DNA of 64,000 nt from Rhizophagus irregularis (GCF_026210795.1 NC_089434.1:310001-374000); one strand, 5' to 3'. Shown: positions 1-13,088, counted from the first letter of the stretch. Notes: generated from the letters alone by a model not told the origin. Translations and numbers: made by a program.

Positions 1-31
1 TTAATATTGTTTTAATTTTAAATAATAATAG

Positions 32-861
32 AAGAGCAAGAAGGTAAAAATAACGGATGTGTATTAGAAATATGTGAAATATTTGATTATTTTTTCTAAC
101 TTTGAAAAAAAATCATTTTAATAGCATTTCATAGTAAATCATATGATTGCTTTAATATTCCTGATAATAGTAAGTATTTTTAAAATTAAATTATTATTAT
201 ATGATGCAATTATTAATTATTATTTTACTTAGTTGATGATTTTAATAATTCAAATGATCAAAATTATGTTGACACATCTAAAGCAAGTAGTATTTTAAAA
301 GGTACTAACTAATAAAATAAATATATAGTTAATTTAATTTCTTAATTTATTTATAATGATTATAATTATTAATTTATCTTTGAATGATTTTTAGATGATA
401 GTGACAAATCATTTAATGACTTACAAATAATAAATTCAAATGAAGGTAAATAAATAATACTATTTTGATTACAAGTTTTGTTTCTTGAAAAATAATACTA
501 TATTCTACTTTTAATAGGTAATTATGGAATAGAAATAATGGAGCAACAACAAATAAAAAAGCATAATATAAAAAAACATAATATCGATATTGATGGTTTG
601 TATCAGGTATAGTTAGTAGTAATTGATTATATAATAACATTATTTTTAATTCAATTTCCTCAATACAGACGAGGATGAAATCTATGATGATAAAAATTTT
701 CATTCGGAGGAACAAGATGAATTAGAAATTACAGATGGCAAGTATTTCTCATATTACTAGTATATATGCTCTATTATATATTTGCAAGAAAAATATGTTT
801 ATTTATTTAACTAATTAATTTGTATTTTTATTGATTTATTTATTTGTTAGATGGATTTTAA
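32..861 (+). CDS. 3' part (tail exons 3-9) of a TKL kinase paralogue K0; its 5' part lies outside the window
   Basis: Exons 32-43, 125-169, 233-301, 395-445, 518-595, 669-737 and 851-861 match the tail exons of K1 and end in the same DGF-stop. The last intron has a GC donor at 738. Confidence 0.85.
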
Positions 862-2394
862 ATTATTTAATATCTGGCAGAATATGTTTTATTTACTTTT
901 ACTTTTTTCTTTATTTTGAATTATTTAAACACTAAAGTTTAGAGTAGGTAAAATTTTTTACAAGATTCTTAGTTTGTAATTTAAATAATTCATTATTATT
1001 ATTATTATTATTATTACTTACTCATTAAATAGTAAATAATTTAACTTTTGTGATAATATACAGTAAAATCTTTGACCTAAGTACTGCAAATAAATTATTT
1101 TATGTATGGGAGTGAAAAGTTTAACACTATATTTAATGAATTTACAATAAAATAAGTCATGATAATAGGAGTCAATTAAGACTAAAATTTTCATATTTAT
1201 GCAAAGTTGGTATGATTTGTTCATTGGATTTTTTCATTTGTTATATAAAGGTCCATTAAAAGAATGTAATAAAATTATCCCTTTCAATGCATCACCTATA
1301 TTTTTGGCTCGAACAAAATTAATGATAGATCAAATTACAGGCTAAAATTACTAATTCAATCACATGATATTATCGCTAATGATCACGAATATTTGGTGTA
1401 TTGAATGAAAATAATTTTAATGTCATATATACAAATTTTAATGATTATTTCAAATATTGAATCATTAACAAATTAAATGTATGAATTATTTAATGCTCAT
1501 GTTAACAATTTTAAAAATTTAAATTACAATTTATTTTAATCATTTATCGTAATGAAATATGTAAATTTATTATAATTAATTATGACCCCAGACCTTTTTA
1601 TTCATATATTAAAATCACACACATAATTATTGTAGGATTTACAAAAGCTAAATTAATAAAATTTACTATTTAACTATTTAAATGGGAATGTCAACTAACC
1701 TAACGTTAATCAAATTCACTATGGCCAAGAATATTCATACATTAATGATACGTAATTCAAAGTTATCAATAAAGTAACGGTACGAGGTCCAAATTTTGAT
1801 TCTATATTTATTATTTCATCCGTCGTAATTAAAAAGTTATAAATGATCAACAATTGATCGATACTGTGATAAAATAATATCAGATAAGCTGGCTTTGCTA
1901 TTAGTCAAATAGTTGTAAGATACTTTTCCTTCAAAGAGGCACGAGAGAGTTCTGTTTATTTGTGTAATTAAGAACGCCCGCAGTAGTTGACCTATACTAT
2001 CAGTAACTTTATTTACAAGCTCGTCTACTATGTGCTTCATTCTATTTTATTGTTACGGCTCATCTATAAAAATTTTTTATCTAACGAATTATACAATTAA
2101 ATTTTTATGAGAAAGAATTCCTTTCGGTCGTTCAAAATCTTTTTTTGTCTACCATATTATATCACGTGATTTAGTTTTATTGAGAAATAATTTTTTTGTC
2201 CTATTAAAAAAAAAATTTAGAATTAAGAAATTAAATCTTGTAATTAAAATTCAATTTTAAAAAATTTTTAAATGTGATTTTACTAAAGTTATTATTAAAT
2301 TTTGACCAAAAATAGAAAAATTATGATTAGCGTTAAATTATTTTGCCGAAAAGCAGATTATTACTAAATTCGTTTTGTTCATTTTGCATTTATG

Positions 2395-2455
2395 GTCACA
2401 TGATAGTCACACAACATTTTGGTAATACATAAAACGAATGAAAAAACTCCGCTCC
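2395..2455 (+). promoter_or_regulatory. Conserved proximal promoter block of the kinase family (GTCACATGATAGTCACACAACATTTGGTAATACATAAAACG...CTCCGCT)
   Basis: A near-identical block lies about 85-150 bp upstream of the ATG in K1, K2 (~19238), K4 (~36583), K5 (~41151) and K6 (~60420-60477, minus), even where more distal flanks differ. It contains an E-box-like TCACATGA. Confidence 0.55.
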
Positions 2456-2538
2456 AAGATTTTTTTTTAAGTCACAAAAATTATTTTAAAAATTTTTTTT
2501 TTTTCTCAATTTTAAACATTTTATAAGAAAATTATATT

Positions 2539-4876
2539 ATGTCTGATATTCGAAAAGAATTAGTTCGGTCTGCAATTAATAGAGCAATTACATTAATAGA
2601 TTATGATATTTATGATGATATTCATAAACGACATGAATTTAAAAAACAAATTATACTTGCTGATAATTCTCTTACAAATGATGAAAAAACTTATTCAATA
2701 AAAGATTTGAATAAGACGTATGACAGGAATAAAATTACGTATAATTCAGGAACAAGAAGAACTTGTGAAAATTGTAACCAAGAATGTTTAGCTACATTAT
2801 ATTGTGAATATTGTGTTCAAAATTATTTAAAAGCAAACTTTTCAAATTGGACATCTGGAAATAATGATATTGATAATTTAATACAAAAATGTCAAATTGA
2901 AACACTTAGACCAGATAAGATAATTGAATGGATTCCATATAATAATTTACAAAATATTGAATATTTAACAAAAGGTGGATTTTCTGAAATTTATACAGCA
3001 GATTGGATTGATGGAAAATATGAAGAATGGGATTCTAAAGAACAAAAATTAATAAGATTTGGAGGACAATATGTAATACTTAAAGGATTAGAAAATGTTG
3101 AAAATGCAAATCAAAGATGGATTGAAGAGGTTTGTAATTTAATGTTATTTTATTATTATTTTCAGTTTTAGTAAATAATAAAATTTTATTATGTATATAG
3201 GCTGAATCACACTTTAAAATAAGCAATAAATGGCCATCAATCATTTCATGTTATGGTTTAACACAAAATCCATCAAATAGAAATTATATGCTTGTAATAG
3301 ATAAAGCAGATATAGATTTAAGAAAATATTTACAACAAACTCAAAATCAACTTACATGGAAAGAAAGAATAAAAGTTGCTCATGGTATAATTAGAGCACT
3401 AATAGCTATTCATCATGAGAATGCAGTTCATAGAGATTTACATTCTGGAAATATATTGTATTCAAAACTAGATCAAGATTGGTATATTAGTGATCTTGGA
3501 TTTTGTGGACCTGCAAATAAATCAACAGAAAGTATATATGGTAATCTTCCTTACATAGCACCAGAAGTTATTTCTGGAAAGAAAACTACAGTGGAATCTG
3601 ATATTTATAGTATTGGAATGTTAATGTGGGAAATTTCATCTGGACAACCTCCTTTTAATTATTATGAAAATGATTATAAACTTGCATTGAATATAATTAA
3701 TGGAATGAGACCAAAAGTAATATCAGGAACTCCTTTAAAATATGAAAATTTAATGAAACAATGTTGGGATGCTGATCCATCAAATAGACCTGATATTGAT
3801 ACACTTTGTAATAGAATGCACCAACTTCTACAATTTTATCAAAATATATCAAATGAAATACTTCAACAAGAAACAAATAATAATTTAGAAAAACTAATAA
3901 ACAACTCAATGTCAAAACATATAAGTAGCAAATTATTTACAAGTAAAATTCATCAATTTAAAAATTTACCTGAACCAAAAAATGCAACAGAAGGTATATT
4001 TTAATGTTTATTATATTTATTGATAATTAATAGTTTTTATTAAAAAATATTAATATTGTTTTTTATTTAAATAATAACAGAAGAACAAGAAGGTAAAAAT
4101 AATGGATATGTATTAGAAATATGTGAAATATTTGATTATTTTTTCTAACTTTTTTTTTTAAAAAACCATTTTTAATAGCATTTCATAGTAAATCATATGA
4201 TTGCTTTAATATTCCTGATAATAGTAAGTATTTTTTAAATTAAATTATTGTTGTATATGATGCGATTATTAATTGTTATTTTTCTTAGTTGAAGATTTTA
4301 TCAATTCAAATGATCAAGACACATCTATAACAAGTAGTATTTTAAAAGGTACTAACTAATAAAAATTAAATATAGTTGCGTGCGAATATAGTTATTTTAA
4401 TTTATCTGTAACTATAATTATTAATTTATCTTTGGATAATTTTTAGACGATAGTGAAGAATTATACAAATCATTTAATGAATTACAAATAAATTCAAATG
4501 ATGGTAAAAAATGATACTATTTTGATTACAATTTTTTGTTTCTTGAAATGTAATATCATATTTTACTTTTTTATAGATAATTATGGAATGGAAATAATGG
4601 AACAACAAGAAGTAAAAAAACATAATAACGACATTGACGGTTTGTATAGTTAGTAATATTTGAATTATATTTATAATAATATTATTTTTAATTCCATTTT
4701 TTTTTCTTTACAGACGAGGATGAAATCTATGATGATAAAAATTTTCATTCGGAGGAACAAGATGAATTAGAAATTCCAGATGGTAAGTTATTTGAAATCT
4801 TTTTTTTTCAAAAAAAAAAAAAATTACGTAGTTAGTTACTAATTTATTATATTATATTTTTTTAGATGGATTTTAA
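2539..4876 (+). CDS. TKL-type protein kinase K1, 9 exons, ~566 aa
   Basis: Exons 2539-3129, 3201-3993, 4081-4092, 4179-4223, 4289-4348, 4447-4503, 4577-4639, 4714-4782 and 4866-4876 join into an open frame of 1701 nt. Motifs: KGGFSEIY, VILK, HRDLHSGN, DLG, YIAPE, SDIYSIG. The N-terminus has CxxC-x-CxxC and NWTSGN motifs. Confidence 0.92.
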
Positions 4877-5639
4877 ATTTTTTATTTTATTAGATTATCT
4901 TTATTATTTAACATCAACAATAAATATTTATTTTATTTTATTTTTTATATTTAGAATTATTTAAACAACTAAGATTTAGAGTAGTAAATCTAAATGGTTT
5001 GCAAGACAGTACTTAGTTATGTAATTTAAATAATTCATTTTTTTTATATCAAATATATTTATGTATTCAATATACAGTATTATACTGTAACTTATTCAAA
5101 TCACTGGCCGAAGTAGGAGGATGTGCAATACATTTACACTAGAGAAATTTTATATACACGTCACATTTCAAATTGATTTACCAGTAATTTCAATTAATTC
5201 CAATTAAAGTGTATATTAAGGAAATTTGTTGTAAACTTGTCCAATTTCCATGAAGTGTTTATGTCATTTGAAATTTACAAGTTTCTATTATATAAATGTA
5301 TTTTAAATTGTGATAAAACCTTTTTTATATATCATTTAAACTTATAATACATTAAACAGAAATTTTTTATGATATAAGAAATGTTAATGAAATTTCACTC
5401 ATATTTGCAAATATGTAGCTAAAATATTAACAATAAATACAATGAATTATTATAAATTTTATGTATATTATAATGAAACTTCACTTCTATTTAAGAATCA
5501 TAAACTTCATAGCCACGCTCAATTAAGGCAATGTATTACTAGACCTACACTAAAGATGACTTTAGCAAGGCTTTCTTTGTGAATTAAAAGAAATTTCATA
5601 CACTTTACCAGCTGGTGAGAAAGCCTATGATCTCTAACC

Positions 5640-7330
5640 TCAAATTTCTTTTCTACAAGATCCCTAAACATTTGATTCAGAGACCTAGACCATCTAAAAA
5701 AGAGAAAATTGAAATGTTAGTAAAAACATTTCATTGAAATGCATAATTAGAAACAAATCTCACCAAGTTTTCACGTGTTTAAAGAGTCAAAGAACCAACC
5801 ATCTAAAAAAAGAAAGATGATGAATATTTGTGATCATTCTTTGTTAAAAGAAAAATTAAAGAAAAAAATTGAACTTACGAAATCCATGTTCAAAAATATC
5901 TCTGGATACCAAAGAGCAAGTCATCTATAAAAGAAAAAAAAGTTAGTAATCATTTTTTAATGTCAAAGAAAAAAAATATCTTACCGAAATCAACCTCCAA
6001 AGAGCTGAAGACTTATCCAAATAAGAACGAAAATAAAGTTGTTAGGTTAATATTATATTAAAAAAAAAGTTTAAGAATATAAAAAAAGAATTACCAGAAG
6101 TCCATGTGTCAAAAAAATTCACGTTAAAATAAGAGAAAAAACTTCATCTTCCATTAACAAAATTCTGCTTCAAAGATCCAAAGTAGAGGTCTGCAAATGG
6201 GACCCGGAACCTGGAAACCCTAACCCGGCCTGGACCCGGATCTGGGTTTGGGCTGGCAAATTTTCTTCAAAATTCACCCAGGCTGGGTCCGGGCCGGTAC
6301 ATGAATCTTTGTCAAACCCGGATTTTCGTGATTCTGGCCAAAATCGCCTTAATTCCGGCCGAAATTAAACTGGCCAAAATTAAGTTGGCCAATTTTTTTG
6401 TTTTTACAACAAAATAATATAATAAAAGTCCGGGTCCAGTCCAGCCGGGTTTTTGATATTTTAAGTCTGGGCCAGGCCGGGCTGGGCACTTTATGTTAAT
6501 TTCCAAGTGCGGGCCGGGTTGTAAAATAGTAGTCAATGCAGACCTCTAATCCAAAGTACCATAAGGCTAAAAAATAAAAAAAGAAAAATTTCATTAATAA
6601 AATTCTTTTAAAATAGGTTTCTTAAAGTCAATTCTGAATTCAAATAGCTTACCAAATTCTGGAAATACAGAATCTATAAAGATTAAAAAAAGAAGCGTCA
6701 GACATTTCTTACAGATAAATGACGAATTCCTCTCAAAAGAAATAACTCACCATCCAAAAGTCTTCCACAGACAAGTCATTACCTACAAAAAAATAAAAAA
6801 AAAGGAAATTTAATATGTTCCTCATAATTAATGGTGAAATTCTTTCCCAAAAATTTTACTTACTGTCCAAAAAGTCCCGTCAGAGAACATTACCTACCGA
6901 AAAATTGTAAAGTATAATTTTTACCTTTGTTTTCTTCAAGTCCAGCTATCATAGGCTTGGAAAACATTTTATGAAAAATAAAAAGAAAAAAAAGAAAATT
7001 ATAGTAAATAACGATAAAACAAAAAAAAAATTCAAAAAATGATAAAAATAAAAAAGAAATCACCTAAGAGAGCACTATTTGCAAAAATGTTCAGTTCGTT
7101 CTCAGTTGAACCTCAACTTTGAGCCATTGGAGGCATTTGTTCATTTCCTTTAATTTTTGTCAGTTGTTCATACCAATAGCTCATTGATGTTATTGTTGTG
7201 AAAAAACAAATTAATGAAGGAGAAAGAAGGAAAGGAATTATGGGAAAGAACAAACTTTTTTTTAAAGAAAGATTATCCGTCATTGAACTGCGCCTATCAG
7301 TTATTATATCATGTGATACACATGACATTA
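5640..7330 (-). ncRNA. Putative multi-micro-exon spliced transcript with no long ORF (array A)
   Basis: Recurrent minus-strand GT..CTAAC..(Y)nAG introns (e.g. 5694-5763, 5803-5878, 5925-5984 and several between 6570 and 7063) separate exons of 20-50 nt. Confidence 0.45.
6184..6548. mobile_element. hAT-type MITE, 365 bp, nested in the CACTG element
   Basis: Perfect 12-bp TIR TAGAGGTCTGCA, 8-bp TSD ATCCAAAG on both sides, and subterminal CCGG/GGCC motifs. Confidence 0.92.
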
Positions 7331-9611
7331 ATTTTTATGTAGATAGTAAAATAGGAACCGATTCCATTTTAAGGATTGATATAACACATTAAACTATTTT
7401 AACTATTTTAACTATTTTTAATCACAAATAAACTATTTTTTTAATTTTCTTTACATTTTCTTTTATACTCTTCAAAATAATAAACTGCAATTATGGTTTT
7501 TGATGCTTGGTACATGTTCAACTTAACCATCACAAAATGACACAAATAGCAAATATAATAATATAACATTAATTATATTTCTCACAAACATTCTAGATTT
7601 TTTAATATAAATTGACTTGAGATTATTAGAGGTCATAAGCTTTCTCACCAGCTGGCAAAGTGTATGAAATTTCTTTTAATTTCACAAAGAAAGCCTTGCT
7701 AAAGTCATCTTTAGCAAAGGTCTAGTAATACATTGCCTTAATTGAGCGTGGCTACGAAGTTTATGATTATCTCTTTGCTTTTTTTTGTAATTTTGTAATG
7801 ATATAAATTTTGTTTTAGTATAGCAAAATTTCAATAATAGTAAGTAAATGGCTTGTTGCAAATTTAATATCATATTTCAAGTAAATTTCAAGCTATTATA
7901 TGCGTAATAAACATTGATATTAAATTTAATTAAAATTTATTTAGAATTTATACATTATAATTAGCGAATTAGTTTTAAAATCATAAAATTTACAATAAAT
8001 TTTACCCGTTTCAATCTATAAATTAAATTTGATGGAGATTTCTTAAGCGTAATTTAGATCAACAAATGTATAAGCTATTTATGGGCAATAAACTTCATGC
8101 AAATCATCCCACTTCGACCAGTGAATATTAAACTTATAGCTTATCAATTTTATTGCTTCTATCATCAATGAATATGTGATTAAATTTTTCATTAAATATA
8201 AAACTCTATTTAGAAAATTTTTGATCGATACGATATGTGGCGCAGCAACTTAAAGGAATCGCAGTAAAAAAAATTATTAAATCATCCATATAAATTATCA
8301 AAAGTTGGGAGACTAGTACTATAACGTAATATATTATTGATTATCAATTTATAATATTAAACCACATCCCAGTACGGGTCGGGTAAAAGACATTTTTTTT
8401 TAAATCACACAGTGAACAAGTATTAAAAAGATCATTTTTTTTTATTTATTTATTTTTACGTCTATTTTTAGTTTGTTAAATTAAAACTTTATTTATATTA
8501 TTAATTTAGGCCAAACTTTCATTTTTAATTTATTTTTAGTACGTGAATTTTATCTTTTTTAAAAAAAGAAAAAATATTTTATTAGTAATCAATAAATTCG
8601 AGTAAATATAAATCAAAATAGTTAATCCATTTAATTCTTATTAGGAGCGTGCTAATAAAGTTTTTTTCATTGAGAAATGCACTATATTCGAATTTTTTTT
8701 TTTTAAAAAAAAATCAATTCCGCCATGAAATGAAGTAATTGTACTACTACATCATACCATTTATAAATTAAATTGTACGATAAGTATAAAAACTAAATAG
8801 CTAATATCAAAAAAACATAGAAAAATATTATTTTTACTAACTGATAAAATTAGCATCGATATCAACAGCATCATTGTCATATAATGTAATCACTATTTTA
8901 CTGTATTAGCCAAGTAGTATACTTCTTTTATATAATATATTCATATTTATTAATATTGCTTCTGCAAAAATTTATACCGTGCTGTTCTTATTTCAAACTT
9001 GGTAAAATATTCTTATGAAATTAAAACAAATTATTATTATATTTCATACTCATTTAAATAGTTTAGTTACATGATAAGTTACCTTTATTATTTCCAATAC
9101 AATTTTTATTTAATAAACATTTAACAAAACGGGAAGCTTCTGACTAATAATTAATAATATACTTTATACAAATCGCAAATCAAAGTACATTATTTTTATG
9201 GTTATCTATTTTTATTAAATAAATTGTTTATTTATTTTATTAATTAAATTAAATCAGATAATACCGTAATTAGTTAATTTCCAGTAAGGTGAGTGGTAAT
9301 AATTAAATTAGAATGGAAGTAAATATTTATTATATTGATTAGTCATTAATAATTTTATTATTTAATGGTAAGAGTCAGTGCTTATTATGGCACCGCAGCA
9401 GTAAGCGCATTTCCCGATCTATTGGTTCCTGATCCTAAATGATGAAAGAAAATTTTTTTAAAAAAATGGTAATAAAATAGAAAAAATTATTTTGAGTTCC
9501 CGATCAAAAGGACAAAAAAAAAAAAAAATCTAAAATAATCAAATGGGAGATCAGTAGTACTACAATAAAAGCACCATTTGATCCATGAGTTTCTGATCCT
9601 AGAGGACGAAG

Positions 9612-9825
9612 AGAAAAATTAAAAAATATCAGTAAAATTATGAGAGAAATTAAAAAAATTTTGGAAATAAGAACAGCATTGTTTCATCAAAGTATTTTGG
9701 GTTGAATCAATCGAAGAAAAATTAAAAAAAATATCAGTAAAATTAAGTAGAGAAATTAAAAAAAAAATTCCGAAATAAAGTAAATTAGTGCTTACTGTTT
9801 CATCAAAGTATTTCGCTGAATCCAA
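9612..9825. repeat. ~100-bp tandem duplication
   Basis: GAAAAATTAAAAAATATCAGTAAAATTA...TGTTTCATCAAAGTATTT...TGAATC occurs twice in succession. Confidence 0.75.
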
Positions 9826-10149
9826 TCCAAGATATATTAAATATATCGGCCAAAATGAAACAAATCAGCGCTTTCCGTTTCACTGACTAAAATGAACAGA
9901 ATGAACTTTACCTTACTGTGACCTTAAATCTACAACTGAACGTTAATATTAGTATCTCGTTGTTTTGAATCATATAGAGAATAAATAATCATTCTAGTGA
10001 TTTTTATCCAAATCATATAAAATTGCGTTGTGACATAAACGGAATTAGTTTTTAATTCAATAATTTCTTTTTTTTGATTCATTAATGGTAACTTTGTTGT
10101 GTTAAATGTATTTTTTGTGTTTTCTTGTTAAATGGCTGTAAGTTGTGAT

Positions 10150-10860
10150 TTATGATCATAAATCTCCTTTTAGGAAAATCTACTTTGATATTTTATTTTT
10201 GGGAATTATAATCGAAGTTGGTTGATATTTACCAAATATAATTCAGAAATATGAGCAGAACTTCTTTAGCTAATAATTTATTTTTAAATCATTAAATGTT
10301 CTTTTTAATCGATTCTTAAAAATTGTATTTTGCTCGTTTGAAAAATAATCATTTTGAATAAGAGATATCAAAAAACTTTTCTAAAATTAAAGAAAACTTT
10401 GGGTTGATTTGAATATTATAACCGGCTTTTTGAATATTAAATCAGTACAATATTTTTTTTGAAATTCCAAGAAAGAATCATTTTTGAAACTTGACTGATA
10501 TATTAAATCAAAAAAATTTTTTCCATCCATTTTTGTATTAGTAATTAGCGGTACTTAAAAATTTTAATTATATCTGGAATATCATATTTCTTCAAAGAAA
10601 TTCTTCCTCATAAATAAATATACTTAGGAAAATTATATTATTATATTTTAAAATAAAAACAGAAACAAAAACAAAATAATGAACTATTTATCGTCTAATC
10701 TAATTTCTTAATACCTTAAAATTATTTGAAAAATTTCTGATGATGCGTTTGATAATTTTAACATGTGCTAAATATTGTTATACATTAGAGGTTATTACCA
10801 ACTTCAATAATAATATCACAATATTCTTTATCATTTAGAATAATCATTATAATTGGATTT
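10150..10860 (-). pseudogene. Degenerate BTB/POZ-BACK protein pseudogene
   Basis: The minus strand gives fragments IILNDKEYCDIIIEVGN, SSEIFQIILR, YDIPDIIKIL and FDLIYQSSFKNDSFLEFQ, interrupted by stops and frameshifts. Confidence 0.7.
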
Positions 10861-11424
10861 TAAAATTTTAAAATTGAAAGAGTTGAAAAGGAATTACAAA
10901 ATAAACCACTTTATTATTTGTAAATCAGGCTGTTAATTAGATCGTTCCCATATTGGAGGTTTTATTCTAAACAATTGAATGTAATTAAAAGCCTATAAAC
11001 TGCAATTAAATAATTTAAAAAAATTCTTTAATAATAAAAGGAAACGAAAAGAATAAATTACTATCCAATTTTTTTTTTTTAGAAAAAAAGAACAAATTAA
11101 TAGTTGAATGATGCTAAAAAAATACGAAAAAAATTAATAATATTAGTAATAAAAAAAAAAAGGACGTGAGAAAAATCATGTCAATAAACCTGGAAATAAA
11201 TCTAAGGGAAATAAACAAAATAAAGTTAAAAAGAATAGACAAAAAAGGAAAAGAAAGAAAACAGATGATTTCCTATCCCACATTTTTCAGCAAATATATA
11301 TATATATATCAGATATTATATAAATATTGTTTAATTAGGCGAGTGGTAGGTTACATTTCATTTTATTTCGATACGAAAGGCTAACGTTGTTAACATTAAT
11401 GTAACGTTACGTTAACATTTACAT

Positions 11425-11805
11425 TAGAGGTTGGAACCGACCAAAAAAACCTTAATCGATTAATAATCGATTAACCAAGGGCCCTAATCGATTAATAATC
11501 GATTAATATTAAAATATTAAAAATTTTTTTTTTTTGACCGCAGATTGCACCAAATTGTTTTTGATCATACATTTAGTTATAGGAAAGTCTTATTTATTAT
11601 TATTATCATTAAAAAATTAATACAAATTCTTCCAAGTTCGGAGAACATGTGACCAAAAATTCACAGCTCTGGGCCGCATTAGATAATTTGACCAGAATTA
11701 TGGGTTGATAATTTTAATCGATTAACCGATTTTTGAAATACTTTAATCGATTAACCGTCTTAGTCGATTAATTAATCGATTAACCTTAATCGATTCCAAA
11801 CTCTA
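11425..11805. mobile_element. hAT-type MITE, 381 bp
   Basis: TIR TAGAG(G/T)TTGGAA, 8-bp TSD ATTTACAT on both sides, and multiple subterminal TTAATCGATTAA palindromes. Confidence 0.92.
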
Positions 11806-12169
11806 ATTTACATAAGATTAGTTTGATTAGTTTCAAACATTTTCCTTTTTAACATACCCTAACCCAATCTAGTATCGACTTACTGATTTGAATTTCATCC
11901 TTTCCCTTTTAAATCCAAACCTTCCCATTTTTATACAACAAATCAAGTAATCTTTTATTGGTGTAACTAAACTTTTTTCGTTGATATTATAAAAAAAAAA
12001 TCTGATCAAAATTTCATTAAATTACCAATATTATTTTTTATTAGAGCTTATAAAATATATTGGAGTTTTAATTGTAGGCATTTTCAATGAAAATGGTTAT
12101 AAAGGAATCATTTGCTCTACGTTTTCTCATGTTTTTACTTTCGATTAATTTTATTTTTTTATTTTCAAT

Positions 12170-13088
12170 ATGAGTGTCGCAACAGAAGGTGTAGAAGAAA
12201 TGTTATTTGAAGGGGCTCAAGAAACAAGGCAAGCCTCCAAAATTATTCGGGTAAATTATATTTAATATCTTCTACGAAGAAAAAATAACAGGGAGTATGG
12301 TTAACGTGTAACGACTACAATAGATCTGCGCAAAAATTGATGAATTATTGGAGCAAGTGCAAAAAGATGATGTCGTTGAGATCAACCTTCCTGATGAACT
12401 AGGTATGAACGAAGCTGATGCACATGTACTTGAAGCGATACACTCGATATATATCGCTGACAGAATCGGAAATAAGTTACTTTTTAAAGTAAGTCTAATT
12501 ATAATCTACACGTCTATATATCATTTATTGATCTTAGGAATTTTATAATTTAGTACGATGGGGTAGTAAAAAAACTATTTATCGCAGAAAGCAATATAAC
12601 GTGTTGTGTTGGACGTACAGAACTTCAACCTGACGTTGGTATTTGGATTATACCACCAACCCAGGCGCAATGCATAAATCCAATTGTTAATCGATGTCCA
12701 CCTCCGGATGTGTGGATTGAGGTAACTGTATTAAATCTCTATTAAGGAAAACGCAAATGATTTTGACTTATCAGATCTGAGTTCTTGTAGGTATTTTTTG
12801 ATAGGGACCCAGATCGGAGCAACGCGATAAATAGAATTAATCATTGTAAGCGATTCCGGAATGGGATTGAATATGTCGGAATTGCTATACCTGAAACCAC
12901 TCGTCAGAACTCAAACCCTGCGCAAGCTTCAACTGCTGTAGTTCGACAAAACAACCGACCTAACCAACCTCCATGTGGTATTTATTGGGAAATCCACCAG
13001 TTTATTTACATATACCTGGAACAACCATCTTGTCCTTACGTGTGGTTGGACACTTGATTTTAATATTGTGCTTAATGTAATTCCTTAA
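12170..13088 (+). CDS. 4-exon Uma2-like / PD-(D/E)XK restriction-endonuclease-fold protein, probably frameshifted near the C-terminus
   Basis: Exons 12170-12250, 12324-12488, 12554-12721 and 12791 onward are in frame, with motifs LQPDVGIW and PPPDVWIEV. The in-frame stop is at 13055-13057. An alternative frame continues WNNHLVLTCGWTLDFNIVLNVIP* to 13088. Confidence 0.6.

Larger units (their letters stand above)
5496..7768. repeat. ~140-bp internal inverted repeat pair (5496-5637 and 7626-7768)
   Basis: AATCATAAACTTCATAGCCACGCTCAATTAAGGCAATG...TGATCTCTAA is the reverse complement of 7626-7768 with few mismatches. Confidence 0.9.
5102..8123. mobile_element. Non-autonomous CACTG-terminated (CMC/CACTA-like) DNA transposon, ~3.0 kb
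   Basis: The 26-bp TIR CACTGGCCGAAGTAGGAGGATGTGCA matches TGCAAATCATCCCACTTCGACCAGTG with 4 mismatches. A 3-bp TSD AAT lies at 5099-5101 and 8124-8126. The element is absent from the paralogous K2 3' flank (~21935). No transposase ORF is visible. Confidence 0.8.

Noticed and set aside
3438..3500. Kinases as pseudokinases because of HRDLH and DLG
   Set aside because: The catalytic Lys, Asp, Asn and Mg-binding Asp are present, and HRDLHSGN/DLG is usual for this fungal TKL expansion.
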